Positions 28,749 to 38,786 of a stretch of 64,000 nucleotides of DNA are shown here, piece by piece. The notes under the pieces are model-generated. The model did no database searches. It saw nothing but the letters and a program-made list of their open reading frames with translations, and was not told the origin of the DNA. The position numbers were made by a program, and so were the translations under genes. Every line of letters starts with the position of its first letter. Positions within the stretch are counted from its first letter, which is position 1. This DNA comes from an uncultured Pseudomonadota bacterium (lineage in GTDB: Bacteria; Pseudomonadota; Alphaproteobacteria; JACZXZ01), in the NCBI GenBank assembly GCA_963749075.1, contig CAVVLJ010000016.1, forward strand, positions 1,152,001 through 1,216,000, read 5' to 3'.

Positions 28749-28776
28749 AGATCGCATAATGCATATTATGGAAAAT
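28749..28776. other. dif chromosome dimer resolution site (XerC/XerD)
   Basis: AGATCGCATAA-TGCATA-TTATGGAAAAT fits the 11-6-11 dif layout (E. coli GGTGCGCATAA-TGTATA-TTATGTTAAAT) in an AT-rich intergenic spot. Confidence 0.85.
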
Positions 28777-28984
28777 ACGCGGGCGATGTTTCACTTCACA
28801 TACCCACCCACAAAATCTATGGCTCGCCACCGCAAGAGCTCGCACCCTCATGCTGGGCGCACTTTTGGCGCGGACATGAAAACCGCGCGGTTCCTCGAGC
28901 CGCGGCCTCGGGCGCGCGCCGCTGGCTGACCCCGCGCGCTTCATCTAAGCTCGTGCGCATGCCCGATGCGAGACGCGTGAGATC

Positions 28985-29776
28985 ATGAAGCTCCTTCACT
29001 TGCTCGTCCTGATGATGGCGATGCTGCCCCTTCCGGCGCGCGCCACCTACTATGCCGTCGCCTTTTCGAAGGATTTCCTGGTCGTCGCGATCGACAGCCG
29101 CACGGTCGATCTGTTGGACCCCTCTCAACCCCCCAACGACCGCTATTGCAAGATCCATCCGCTCTCCGACCAGACCGTGTTCTTCAGCACGGGCATCGTC
29201 GCGATGAAGGACCGCCTCGCCTCCTTCGATGCCAACGCGCTCGCCGAGAAGGTCTACGCCGATGTGGTGCATGCGCCGGATTTCGCCGCGCTGGCCGAGA
29301 ACTGGAGCGCCCTCATGGAGGCCGCCTACGGGAAATTTCTCGCGGCCCACCCGGCTTTGGCACAGAGCCTCGACGACAAGGTGATGATCAAGGGATATTT
29401 CGCCGGCATCGACGACTATGCAAAGGTCGTCCTCGAGTCGGCCGAGATCAGCCGGCGCAGCGGGGAATTCAGCACGTCGTTCTCGCACCGGCAGCAGTCC
29501 GGAGACGCCATCCCGATCGTCCACGGCGGGCATAGCGAGATCATCGACGAGTTTGCCGATGGCGGCACGACCGCGCGGGCAAAGAAGGTCCTGGCCCAAA
29601 TCGACGCCGAGGGTGCTCGCGAATCGAGCGCCGACAAGATGGCGCTCCTCGTCGAGGCGTTCGTCAGGGCGGTCAGGGACTGGAGCGGCGACGACACCGT
29701 CGGCGGCGACGTTGCCGTGTTGATCCTGGAGCGCGGCAAATACCCGCGCTGGTTCCGCCGCCCGAGCTTCTGCTGA
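28985..29776 (+). CDS. secreted proteasome-beta/HslV-like Ntn-hydrolase-fold protein
   Basis: Signal peptide ending ARA, then TYYAVAFSKDFLVVAIDSR (Thr1, Asp17), CKI, STG, and C-terminal DDTVGGDVAVLIL. Confidence 0.65.
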   Translation: MKLLHLLVLMMAMLPLPARATYYAVAFSKDFLVVAIDSRTVDLLDPSQPPNDRYCKIHPLSDQTVFFSTGIVAMKDRLASFDANALAEKVYADVVHAPDFAALAENWSALMEAAYGKFLAAHPALAQSLDDKVMIKGYFAGIDDYAKVVLESAEISRRSGEFSTSFSHRQQSGDAIPIVHGGHSEIIDEFADGGTTARAKKVLAQIDAEGARESSADKMALLVEAFVRAVRDWSGDDTVGGDVAVLILERGKYPRWFRRPSFC

Positions 29777-29897
29777 CCAAGGCGCTGCCGACCCTGGGCG
29801 CCGCCATGGCCGCTCGCGATGCCCGCCATCGCGACAAAGCATTTCCCATGCGCCCGGCTTCGTCCTAACTCATGGCTGCCTGCAGCGGAGCCGCACG

Positions 29898-31113
29898 ATG
29901 CCCATCTCGTACGATGAGGCCGACCCCTACTTGAGCCGAGCCGGGCTGTGGCGCGCCGCCTTCGCGGGCCTGAGCGCGAGCCTGGTCGGCATCGGCTTGG
30001 CACGCTTCGCCTATACGCCGCTCATCCCCGCCCTCATCTCGGACCACTGGTTCAGCCAGGGCCAGGCCGTCTATCTCGGTGCCGCCAATCTGGCCGGCTA
30101 TCTCGTGGGCGCCGTGTTCGGCGCCGGCCTGCTCAAGCCGCTCGGTGCCGCCCGCGCGTTGCGCGCCATGATGCTGCTCACGGCGGTGAGCCTCTTCGCC
30201 TGCGAGCTGCGCGAGCTCGGCTTCCTCTGGTTCTCCTTCTGGCGTCTCCTCTCGGGCTGCACCGGCGGCGCCATCATGGTGCTCGCGGCGCCGACCGTGC
30301 TGGCGCGCACGCCGGCTGCGCGCCGCGGGCTCGTGGGCGGTGCGGTCTTCACCGGGGTCGGGCTCGGCATCGCCGCCTCGGGCACCCTCGTGCCGCTGCT
30401 GCTCCAGGTGGGCGGGCTCCAGGCGGCGTGGGCCGGGCTCGGCGGGGCCTCGCTCCTGCTCACGCTCGCCGCCTGGTCCGGCTGGCCCCGGGAGAGCGCC
30501 GCCGCCGCGGCCGAGGCGGCGCCGGCACCGCGGCCCGCCGCCATCCGCTTTCCCCTGCCGGCCGTGGCCGTGCTCGCGGAGTACGGCCTCAATGCGGTCG
30601 GGCTCGTGCCGCACATGCTCTTCCTTGTCGTCTTCGTGGCCCACGGGCTCGGCCGCGGCCTCGCCGCCGCCGCCGTCTACTGGACGATCTTCGGGCTCGC
30701 CGCGGTGGCAGGCCCCCTCCTCGCCGGCAACCTCGCGGACCGCGTCGGCTTCCGCGCGGCGCTGCGCCTCGTCTTTCTCGTCCAGACCGTGGCGATAGCA
30801 CTCCCCGCCGTCACCGCGGCGCCCTCTCTGGCTCGCTCTCTCGAGCGCCATCGCCGGCGCCTTCACCCCGGGCGTCGTGCCGCTGGCGCTCGGCCGGCTG
30901 CACGAGCTGATCGCGAGCGACGCCGGCCGGCGCCGCGCCTGGAGCCATGCCACCACCGCCTGGGCGCTCGGCCAGGCGCTCGCCGCCTACGGCTATTCCT
31001 ATCTCCTCGAGCGCACGGAAAGTTACGCGCTGCTCTTCGGCTCGGGCGCCGCCGTGCTCCTCGCAGCACTGCTCCTCGACCTCGTTGCAGGCGCCGGCCG
31101 CGCGCGCGCGTGA
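29898..31113 (+). pseudogene. YbfB/YjiJ family MFS transporter, frameshifted near 30825
   Basis: IGLARFAYTPLIP, GAANLAGYL; the C-terminal helices continue in another frame (30877-31113). Possibly a sequencing error. Confidence 0.8.
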
Positions 31114-31884
31114 TCAGAGCTCCACGGTCAGGCCGTCGTAGGCCGGCTCGACGCCGGGCGGGCAGCAGGCCGAGAGCGCGTCGTAGTCGAGGCTGTGGTT
31201 CATGTGGGTGAGGATGGCGCGCTCGGGCCGGACGCGCGCGATCCAGCCGAGCGTGCGGTCGAGCCAGGCATGGGTCGGGTGCGGGGCTAAGCGCAGGCAG
31301 TCGACGATCCACACCCGGACGCCGGCGAGGACCGCGAAGGCGCGCTCGTCGAGGCCGACCACATCCGTCGAATAGGCGAGCGGGCCGAAGCGGAAGCCGA
31401 GCGTCGCGCCGAAGCCGTGATCCTGCTCGAAGGGCTCGACCGCGACCGTCTTCGCCCGGAAGGGGCCCGCTATCGGCCGCATGACGAGGCAAGGGCGGTA
31501 GAGATAGCTCTCGTCTCCCGGCTCGCCCGAGGCGAGCGCATAAGCGAAGCGCGCGCGGATCTGCGCGATCGTCGCGGGCGTGGCGTAGGCGTCGATGGCG
31601 CTCCGGCGTAGCGTGTTGACGGCACGCAAATCGTCGATGCCGTGGAGATGATCGGCGTGGGCGTGAGTATAGAGGACCGCGTCGAGCCAGCCGTTGCCGG
31701 TGGCGAGGAGCTGCTGGCGGAGATCCGGCGAGGTATCGACGAGGAGGCGCGTCTCGCCGTCCTCGACGAGGATCGAGGCGCGGAGGCGCCGGTTGCGCGG
31801 ATTGCGCGGATCGCAGAGGCCCCAATTGCCGCCGATGAGCGGCACGCCCGTCGAGCCGCCGCAGCCGAGGATGGTGACCTTCAT
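31114..31884 (-). CDS. MBL-fold metallo-hydrolase (PhnP/YycJ-like)
   Basis: LGCGGSTGVP, THAHADHLHG, YSTD, THMNH, AYDG. Confidence 0.92.
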   Translation of the reverse strand: MKVTILGCGGSTGVPLIGGNWGLCDPRNPRNRRLRASILVEDGETRLLVDTSPDLRQQLLATGNGWLDAVLYTHAHADHLHGIDDLRAVNTLRRSAIDAYATPATIAQIRARFAYALASGEPGDESYLYRPCLVMRPIAGPFRAKTVAVEPFEQDHGFGATLGFRFGPLAYSTDVVGLDERAFAVLAGVRVWIVDCLRLAPHPTHAWLDRTLGWIARVRPERAILTHMNHSLDYDALSACCPPGVEPAYDGLTVEL

Positions 31885-32684
31885 TGCGTGGCGGTTGCGG
31901 GTTTCGCCTTGGCGAAGAGGCGGAAGAAGTTGGCCGTGGTGGCGGCGGCCAGCTCCTCGAGGCCGACCTCCTTGAGCGCCGCCAGCGCCGCTGCGGTGTG
32001 GCGCACGAAGGCGGGCTCGTTGCGCTTCCCGCGCATGGGCACGGGTGCGAGATAGGGCGCGTCCGTCTCGACGAGGAGGCGCTCGAGGGGCATGGCCTTG
32101 ACGGTCTCGCGCAAAGACCCGGCGCCCTTGAAGGTGATGATGCCCGAGATCGAGACGTAGAAGCCGCGCTCGACGGCGAAGGCGGCAAGCGCCGGACCCG
32201 CGGTAAAGCAGTGGATGACGCCCCTCAGGCCGCCCTCCCGCCCCTCCTCCGCAAGGATGCGCATGGTGTCCTCGTCGGCATCGCGGGTGTGCACGATGAG
32301 CGGCAGGCCGCTCGCGCGCGCCGCACGGGCGTGGGCGCGGAAGGCGCGGGCTTGCGCCTCGCGCGGGCTGTGCTCGTAATAATAATCGAGGCCGCTCTCG
32401 CCGATGCCGACGACGCGCGGGTGGCGCGCGAGCTCAGCCAGGCGCTCGGCGTCGTCCGCCCCCTCCTCCGCCGCCGCCTCGTGCGGATGGACGCCGACCG
32501 AGCACCACACCTCGGCGTGCCGCTCGGCGAGCTTGAGCACGCGGCCGAACTCGCTGAGCTTGGTCGAGATCGTCACCATGGCGGCGACGCCGGCCTGGCC
32601 TGCGCGCGCGAGCACGCCGTCGAGCTCCTGGGAGAGCTCGGGGAAGTCGAGATGGCAATGGCTGTCGACGAGCTTCGTCTGCAC
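31881..32684 (-). CDS. tatD: TatD family DNase
   Basis: VDSHCHLD, GVHPH, IGESGLDY, VHTRDA, IHCF, VETDAPYL. Confidence 0.95.
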   Translation of the reverse strand: MQTKLVDSHCHLDFPELSQELDGVLARAGQAGVAAMVTISTKLSEFGRVLKLAERHAEVWCSVGVHPHEAAAEEGADDAERLAELARHPRVVGIGESGLDYYYEHSPREAQARAFRAHARAARASGLPLIVHTRDADEDTMRILAEEGREGGLRGVIHCFTAGPALAAFAVERGFYVSISGIITFKGAGSLRETVKAMPLERLLVETDAPYLAPVPMRGKRNEPAFVRHTAAALAALKEVGLEELAAATTANFFRLFAKAKPATATQ

Positions 32685-32758
32685 GGCCGCCTCACGCCCT
32701 TCCGCCGCTCCGCTTCGACTATGCGCTCGGCGCCGCAGCGTCAAGCCCTCGGCGATAT

Positions 32759-32912
32759 CTCCCTCTCCTCCTTCAGGAGGAGAGGGCGGGCCCCATCGCG
32801 AAGCGATGGGAGGGTGAGGAGGCGGAGCCCTTGCGCGCCTCTGCGGTCGACGATGTGCCTTGCAAAGCTGCCTCCTCACCCCGACCCTCTCCTCCTAAAG
32901 GAGGAGAGGGAG
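32759..32912. repeat. CCCTCTCC...GGAGAGGG-type palindromic intergenic repeat
   Basis: Terminal hairpins CCCTCTCCTCC-TTCA-GGAGGAGAGGG and CCCTCTCCTCC-TAAA-GGAGGAGAGGG, with internal GGGTGAGGAGGC / GCCTCCTCACCC arms. Confidence 0.8.
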
Positions 32913-32984
32913 AGTGCGAATGTGAACTCCTTGAGCGAGCGCCCGCCCGAGCCGTAATATCGCGCGGCCTTTTCGGGGAGCGAC

Positions 32985-33960
32985 ATGAGCGCCAGCGACG
33001 ACCGCCGTTACGCCCCTCTCGATTCCGCCGTGGTGCCGCGCTTCGCGCAGCCCGCGACCTTCATGCGCACGCCACAGGTGGCCGATGCGGCGGAGCTCGA
33101 GATCGCCCTCGCCGGCATTCCCTTCGACCTCGGCTCGACCAACCGGGCCGGCCCCCGCCACGGCCCGGCGCAGATCCGCGAGATGTCCCGCCTCATCCGC
33201 CAGGTGAACGCCACGAGCCGCATCGCTCCCTTCGAGCTCTGCCGCGTGGGCGACATCGGCGACGCGCCGGTCAATCCCCTCGACCTCCTCGGCAGCATCG
33301 CCTCGATCGCCGGGTTCTACGCGGCACTCCACGCCAAGTCGGTGGTTCCCGTCTCGGCCGGCGGCGACCATACGGTGACGCTGCCCATCCTCCGCGGCAT
33401 CGCCAAGGAGGGCCCGCTCGGCCTCGTCCACTTCGACGCCCACGCGGACACCCTCGACGAGCTCCTCGGCAGCAGGATCAATCACGCCACACCCTTCCGC
33501 CGCGCCGTCGAGGAGAAGCTCGTCGATCCGCGCCGCACCGTGCAGATCGGCCTGCGCGGCACGCGCTACAGCGACGACGACATCCAGTACGGCTACGACA
33601 TGGGGATGCGCGTCATCACCATGGACGATTTCGACGAGATGGGGCGCAAGGCCGTCATCGCGGAGACGCGGCGCGTGGTGGGCCAAGGCCCGGCCTACGT
33701 GACCTTCGACATCGACGGGCTCGACCCCGTCTTTTGCCCGGGCACGGGTGCCCCCGAGCCGGGCGGCCTCACCATGCGCGACGCGCAGGTGCTCATCCGC
33801 GGCCTCCAGGGCCTCGAGCTCGTCGGCGGCGACGTTCTGCGAGGTGTCGCCGCCGCTCGATCCCGCAGGTCACACCGCACTCAACGCGGCAAACCTCATG
33901 TTCGAGATTCTCTGCGTCACCGCCGACGCCGTGGCGCGCAGACGGCGCGCGACGGCCTGA
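32985..33960 (+). pseudogene. speB: agmatinase/ureohydrolase, frameshifted near 33836
   Basis: GGDHTV, HFDAHAD, TFDIDGLDP, PEPGG; GDV(C)EVSPPLD..TALNAANL continues in another frame. Possibly a sequencing error. Confidence 0.82.
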
Positions 33961-34010
33961 ACGCTCGCCTCCCGTTTGCGCCCAATGCTCGCCGCCGCTC
34001 AAGCGTGAGT

Positions 34011-34050
34011 CACCCCCTCCCCACCCTCCCCCTTCAAGGGGGAGGGGGGC
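34011..34050. repeat. partial CCCTCCCC...GGGGAGGG hairpin repeat / possible terminator between convergent genes
   Basis: CCCTCCCCCTT-C-AAGGGGGAGGG stem. Confidence 0.55.
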
Positions 34051-34064
34051 GTGCTGCGCAAGTG

Positions 34065-35627
34065 CTACCCCGCTGCCTCCGCCTCGCGCTCGACGTAGCG
34101 CGGGAAGACGCCTTCTGGCTTGGGCACCGCCCTACCGGGTGTAAGCCGGCCCGCCTCCCCCAAGCTCGCGAAGCTGCGCGCCTCCGCCGGTACGGCGAGC
34201 TGGTCGAGAATGCGGCCTGCCGACTGCGGCATGAAAGGCTGCGCCAGGATGCCAAGGTGGCGGATCGTCTCGGCGAGGACGTAGAGCACGGTCGCCATGC
34301 GCGCGGGATCGCTCTTGCGCAGCGCCCAGGGGGCCCCGGCATCGACGTAGCGGTTGGCCTGGCCGATGACGCGCCACAGGGCCTCGAGTGAGCGGTGGAA
34401 GGCGCGCTCGGCCATATGGCCGCGCATCTCCGCGAGCACGGCCAGGGCCGCCTCGAGGAGGGTCTTGTCCGAGGCGGCGAGGTCGCCGGGCGCCGGCAGG
34501 GCGGCGCCGCAGTTGCGGTTGATCATGCTCAGCACGCGCTGCACCAGGTTGCCGAAATCGTTGGCCAGGTCGCCGTTGATGCGGCTCACCATGGTCTCGT
34601 GGCTGATGTAGCCGTCGGCGCCGAAGGGCACCTCGCGGAAGAGGTAATAGCGCACCGCATCGAGGCCGTATTGCGCCACAAGGTTGGCCGGCCGGATGAC
34701 GTTGCCGAGCGACTTCGACATCTTCTCGCCGCGGTTCAGGAGCCAGCCGTGGGCGAACACCTGGCGCGGCGGCGCCAGACCTGCCGCCATCAGGAAGGCC
34801 GGCCAATAGACCGCATGGAAGCGCAGGATGTCCTTGCCTACAACATGAAGAGAGACGGGCCAAAGCCTTGTAAACGCCTCGCTTTCCGTATCCGGGAAAC
34901 CGAGAGCGGTGATGTAGTTGGTGAGCGCGTCGAGCCACACGTACATGACGTGCGCCGGGTCGTCCGGCACCGGTACGCCCCATTTGAGCGTGGGGCGCGA
35001 GACCGGCAGGTCGCGCAAGCCACCGGTGACGAAGCTGATCACCTCGTTCTTCCGGTTTTCCGGCTCCATGAAGCCGGGATGCTTCGCGTAGAACTCGAGG
35101 AGCGGCTGCTGCCACTTTGAAAGCCTGAAGAAATAATTGGGCTCCTCGACCCACTCGACCTCGGCGCCGGAGGGTGCCAGCCGCTTGCCGTCGCTGCCGA
35201 GCGTGAGCTCCCCCTCGCCGTAGAAGGCCTCGTCGCGTACGGCGTACCAGCCGGCATAGGTGCCGAGATAGATCTCGCCCGCCGCCTTGAGCCGGCGCCA
35301 CAGCTCCTGGCTGGCGCGCGCGTGGCGCGGCTCGGTCGTGCGGATGAACTCGTCGTTCGAGAGGTTGAGGAGGCGGTCCATGTCGCGGAAGTTCTGCGCG
35401 ACCTTGTCGCAGAAGGCCTGGGGCTCCATGCCGGCGGCGCGCGCCGATTTCTCGACCTTCTGGCCGTGCTCGTCGGTGCCGGTGAGGAACTTCACGCGAT
35501 AGCCGTCGAGGCGCATGAAGCGCGCCAGCACGTCGCAGGCCATGGAGGTATAGGCATGGCCGATGTGCGGCACGTCGTTCACGTAGAAGATCGGCGTCGT
35601 GATGTAAAACGACCGCTCGACGGTCAT
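34065..35627 (-). CDS. metG: methionine--tRNA ligase
   Basis: YITTPIFYVN..PHIGH, GTDEHG, YVWLDAL, GKDI, KMSKS. Confidence 0.98.
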   Translation of the reverse strand: MTVERSFYITTPIFYVNDVPHIGHAYTSMACDVLARFMRLDGYRVKFLTGTDEHGQKVEKSARAAGMEPQAFCDKVAQNFRDMDRLLNLSNDEFIRTTEPRHARASQELWRRLKAAGEIYLGTYAGWYAVRDEAFYGEGELTLGSDGKRLAPSGAEVEWVEEPNYFFRLSKWQQPLLEFYAKHPGFMEPENRKNEVISFVTGGLRDLPVSRPTLKWGVPVPDDPAHVMYVWLDALTNYITALGFPDTESEAFTRLWPVSLHVVGKDILRFHAVYWPAFLMAAGLAPPRQVFAHGWLLNRGEKMSKSLGNVIRPANLVAQYGLDAVRYYLFREVPFGADGYISHETMVSRINGDLANDFGNLVQRVLSMINRNCGAALPAPGDLAASDKTLLEAALAVLAEMRGHMAERAFHRSLEALWRVIGQANRYVDAGAPWALRKSDPARMATVLYVLAETIRHLGILAQPFMPQSAGRILDQLAVPAEARSFASLGEAGRLTPGRAVPKPEGVFPRYVEREAEAAG

Positions 35628-35656
35628 TCTCGCCTCCTGGTGGCCGCCCCGGACGC

Positions 35657-36760
35657 CTAGGGGCGCAGGGCGGCCTCAAGCGCCAGGAAGGCGTTGAGCA
35701 CCACTTGCTTGCGCTCGAGATTGACGCTGTCCGCCCGGGAGAGCAGGTATGCGGTCTTTTCCCATACCTCCAGCCAGCGATCAAGCCCGGCAGCGGCGGC
35801 GAGCCTGGCCGAGAGCGCCCCCTCGCCCGCCATCGCCTCATGTTGCTGCTCGCGCGTGCCGGCAGCGCGGACGAGCCGCGCCAGCCACCAGACGAGAAGC
35901 TCGCCGAGCGTGCGAAAGGCCGCCTCCCCTTGGACGCCCGCCATGCGATCGGCAAGCCGGTGGAGTGCCGCGGCATCGAGCCGCGGCAGCGTAGCGAGGA
36001 GCGCCATCATCTCGCGGAAGAGCGCCAGGCCGCCGCCCTCGGCAAGCTCGAGCGCGCGGCCGGGGCTGCCCTCGGCCAAGCGCTCGAGGAGCCGGGCCTC
36101 CTCGCCCGCGAGCGCCGGCAGCCGCTCGGCCAGGAAGCGCTGCATGGCCGCCTCGCCGAGCGGCTTGAGCTCGAGCCGGCGGCAGCGCGAACGGATGGTG
36201 GCAAGCAAGCGGCCCGATGCATGGCTCACCAAGAGGATGAGGGCGCGCGGCGGCGGCTCCTCCACGATCTTGAGCACCGCATTGGCGGCGTTGCGGTTCA
36301 TCTCCTCGGCGCCGTCGATGACCACCACGCGCCAGCCGCCCTCGGCCGGCGTGAGATGGAGAAACTCCGCGACCGTGCGTGCGTCGTCGACGCCGATTTC
36401 CGTCTTGAAGCGGCGGCGCTCCTCATCGAAGCGCCGTTCGAGGATGAGGAGATCGGCGTGGCCGCCCGAGGCCACGCGGCGAAAGACGGGATGCGCGGGC
36501 GCCAGCGCGAGGCTCCTCGCGGGCGCTGCATCGCCCAGGAGGTCGCCGCTTTCCGCCGCCCCGCCCCCGGCCAGCACGAAACGGGCAAAGCGGTAGGCGA
36601 GCGTCGCCTTGCCGATGCCGCGCGGCCCCGAGACGAGCCAGGCGTGGGCGAGCCGGCCGCTCGCCGCCGCACCGAGCAGTGCCGCCTCCGCGGCCTCGTG
36701 GCCGTAAAGCCTCTCGTTGGCACGCGGGCTCGGCCCGCCGCTCGCCGCATCCTCGCTCAT
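35657..36760 (-). CDS. holB: DNA polymerase III delta' subunit
   Basis: HAWL..GPRGIGKAT, NAANAVLKIVEEPP, TIRSRC; between tmk and metG. Confidence 0.94.
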   Translation of the reverse strand: MSEDAASGGPSPRANERLYGHEAAEAALLGAAASGRLAHAWLVSGPRGIGKATLAYRFARFVLAGGGAAESGDLLGDAAPARSLALAPAHPVFRRVASGGHADLLILERRFDEERRRFKTEIGVDDARTVAEFLHLTPAEGGWRVVVIDGAEEMNRNAANAVLKIVEEPPPRALILLVSHASGRLLATIRSRCRRLELKPLGEAAMQRFLAERLPALAGEEARLLERLAEGSPGRALELAEGGGLALFREMMALLATLPRLDAAALHRLADRMAGVQGEAAFRTLGELLVWWLARLVRAAGTREQQHEAMAGEGALSARLAAAAGLDRWLEVWEKTAYLLSRADSVNLERKQVVLNAFLALEAALRP

Positions 36761-36767
36761 GGGCCGA

Positions 36768-37403
36768 TCATAGCGCCAAGGCGAAGCGTTGGGCCACGAT
36801 GCGCCGGAGTGCCGCCTGCACCGCCTCGCGCGAGGGGCTCGCGTCGATGACGCGGCAGCGCTCGGGCTCGCGGCGCGCGATCTCGAGAAAACCCTCGCGC
36901 AGACGCTGGTGAAAGCCGAGGTCCATGCGCTCGTAGCGGTTCTCGACCTGCTTCCGCCGCCCGGCGCGCTCGAGGCCGAGCGCGACCGGGAGATCGAGGA
37001 TGAGGGTGAGGTCGGGTGCAAAATCGCCGAGTGCCAGCCGATGCACCGTCTCGCACGGCGCGCGGCCGAGGCCGTGGCCGTAGCCCTGGTAGGCCAGCGT
37101 CGAGTCGGCGAAGCGGTCGCACACGACCCAGGCGCCGCGCGCCAGCGCCGGCTCGATCGTGCGCGTCACATGCTCGCGGCGGCCCGCCACATAGAGCAGA
37201 AGCTCGCTCACCGGATCCCAGCGGCCGGCCTCGCCATCGACCAGGAGCTTGCGGATCTCCTCGGCCGCCGGCGCGCCGCCGGGCTCGCGCGTGGCGACGA
37301 CCTCGAGTCCGGCGGCACGCAGCCCCTCGGCAAGCAGCCGGCTCTGGCTCGTCTTTCCCGCCCCTTCCCCGCCCTCGAGAGTGATGAAGGAGCCCCGGCT
37401 CAT
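36768..37403 (-). CDS. tmk: thymidylate kinase
   Basis: FITLEGGEGAGKT, REPGG, CDRFADST.AYQG. Confidence 0.97.
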   Translation of the reverse strand: MSRGSFITLEGGEGAGKTSQSRLLAEGLRAAGLEVVATREPGGAPAAEEIRKLLVDGEAGRWDPVSELLLYVAGRREHVTRTIEPALARGAWVVCDRFADSTLAYQGYGHGLGRAPCETVHRLALGDFAPDLTLILDLPVALGLERAGRRKQVENRYERMDLGFHQRLREGFLEIARREPERCRVIDASPSREAVQAALRRIVAQRFALAL

Positions 37404-37443
37404 CGGCCGCGCGGAATGGCGCTGGGGCCGGGCCGCAGCCCTC

Positions 37444-38643
37444 TCATTTGCTCTGGCCCCAGACGAGATAATGCATGGCCGCGGCGATGCGGCCGAGGGA
37501 GCCGAGCCGCTCGACCGCCTCCCCGGCGCTGAGCGGCTGCTCCATGTCCGGCACGTCGGGCGCTTCGACGGTGACCTTGGCGATCACCGCACCCTTGGCG
37601 ATCGGCGCCGCCACCGGCCCGTCATAGCTCACCGTGACCTTCATCTTCTCGCGCGACAGGCGCGGCAGCGTCACGATGACGTCGCGGTCGGCGACCAGCG
37701 GCACGGTCGGCTGGGTGCCGAGCCAGACCTCGGCCTCGCTCGCCTTCTCTCCCGCCTTGAAGAGCGTGTAGTTGCCCCACTCGCGATAGCCCCAGTCGAG
37801 CAGCTTCTCCGACTCGCGCGAGCGCTCGTTGACCGACGACATGCCGTTGAGCACGAGAATGAGGCGCCGCCCGTCGCGGATCGCCGATGCGGTGAGGCCG
37901 TAGCCGCCGGCGTCCGTGTGGCCGGTCTTGATACCGTCGACACTGTCCTTCTTATAGAGGAGCGGATTGCGGTTGCCCTGCTTGATGCCCCCGTAAGTGA
38001 ACTCGATCTCCTTGAAATAATGATAGAAATCCGGGAAGTCGGTGATCAGGTGGCGGGCCAGGGTGGCGAGATCGCGCGCCGTCATGTACTGCTCCGGGTC
38101 GGGCAGGCCAGAGGCATCGACGAAGTGGCTGCCGGTGAGCCCCAGCGTCTTCGCCGTCTTGTTCATCTCCTCGGCGAAGGCCTGCTCGCTGCCCGAGAGC
38201 CCCTCGGCCACCACCACGCAGGCGTCGTTGCCCGACTGCACGGCGATGCCTTGGATGAGGTCCTCGACGCGCACGCGGCTGTTCAACTGGACGAACATCT
38301 TCGAGCCGCCCGTGCGCCAGGCCTTCTCGCTCACCGCGAGCGTATCGTCGAGCTTGATGCGCCCTTCCTTGACGCGCTGGAAGAGGATGTAGAGCGTCAT
38401 CATCTTGCTCATCGACGACGGCGCCATGCGCTCGTCGGCATTCTTCGCGAAGAGCACGGCGCCGGTGTAGTAGTCGACCATGATGGCCTGCTTGGCCGAG
38501 GTGTCGATGCTCGGCAGCGCGGCCAGGGCGCGCCCGGGGGAGAGCGCTGCGAGCAAGGCGAGGAGGCTTGCGAGGAAGAGCCCGCGGCGGCGCCGAGCGG
38601 CCGCCGTTGCGAGCGAGGCAAGAGTGCCGGCGAATGCGATCAT
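37444..38643 (-). CDS. dacA: D-alanyl-D-alanine carboxypeptidase (PBP5/6)
   Basis: SMSK, SGN, KTG motifs and PBP5 C-terminal domain. Confidence 0.94.
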   Translation of the reverse strand: MIAFAGTLASLATAAARRRRGLFLASLLALLAALSPGRALAALPSIDTSAKQAIMVDYYTGAVLFAKNADERMAPSSMSKMMTLYILFQRVKEGRIKLDDTLAVSEKAWRTGGSKMFVQLNSRVRVEDLIQGIAVQSGNDACVVVAEGLSGSEQAFAEEMNKTAKTLGLTGSHFVDASGLPDPEQYMTARDLATLARHLITDFPDFYHYFKEIEFTYGGIKQGNRNPLLYKKDSVDGIKTGHTDAGGYGLTASAIRDGRRLILVLNGMSSVNERSRESEKLLDWGYREWGNYTLFKAGEKASEAEVWLGTQPTVPLVADRDVIVTLPRLSREKMKVTVSYDGPVAAPIAKGAVIAKVTVEAPDVPDMEQPLSAGEAVERLGSLGRIAAAMHYLVWGQSK

Positions 38644-38786
38644 GACGCGTAGGATATCCTTATGCTTGCCGCGATGCGGCAGCGGGCGGCGCTCCCACTT
38701 GCGGCCATCGCCCGGCGCCTCCCCATCGTCCATCTAGTATAGACCGATTGCGCCGAAACTTTGGCGCGGCACCTTCGCCGGCCATG

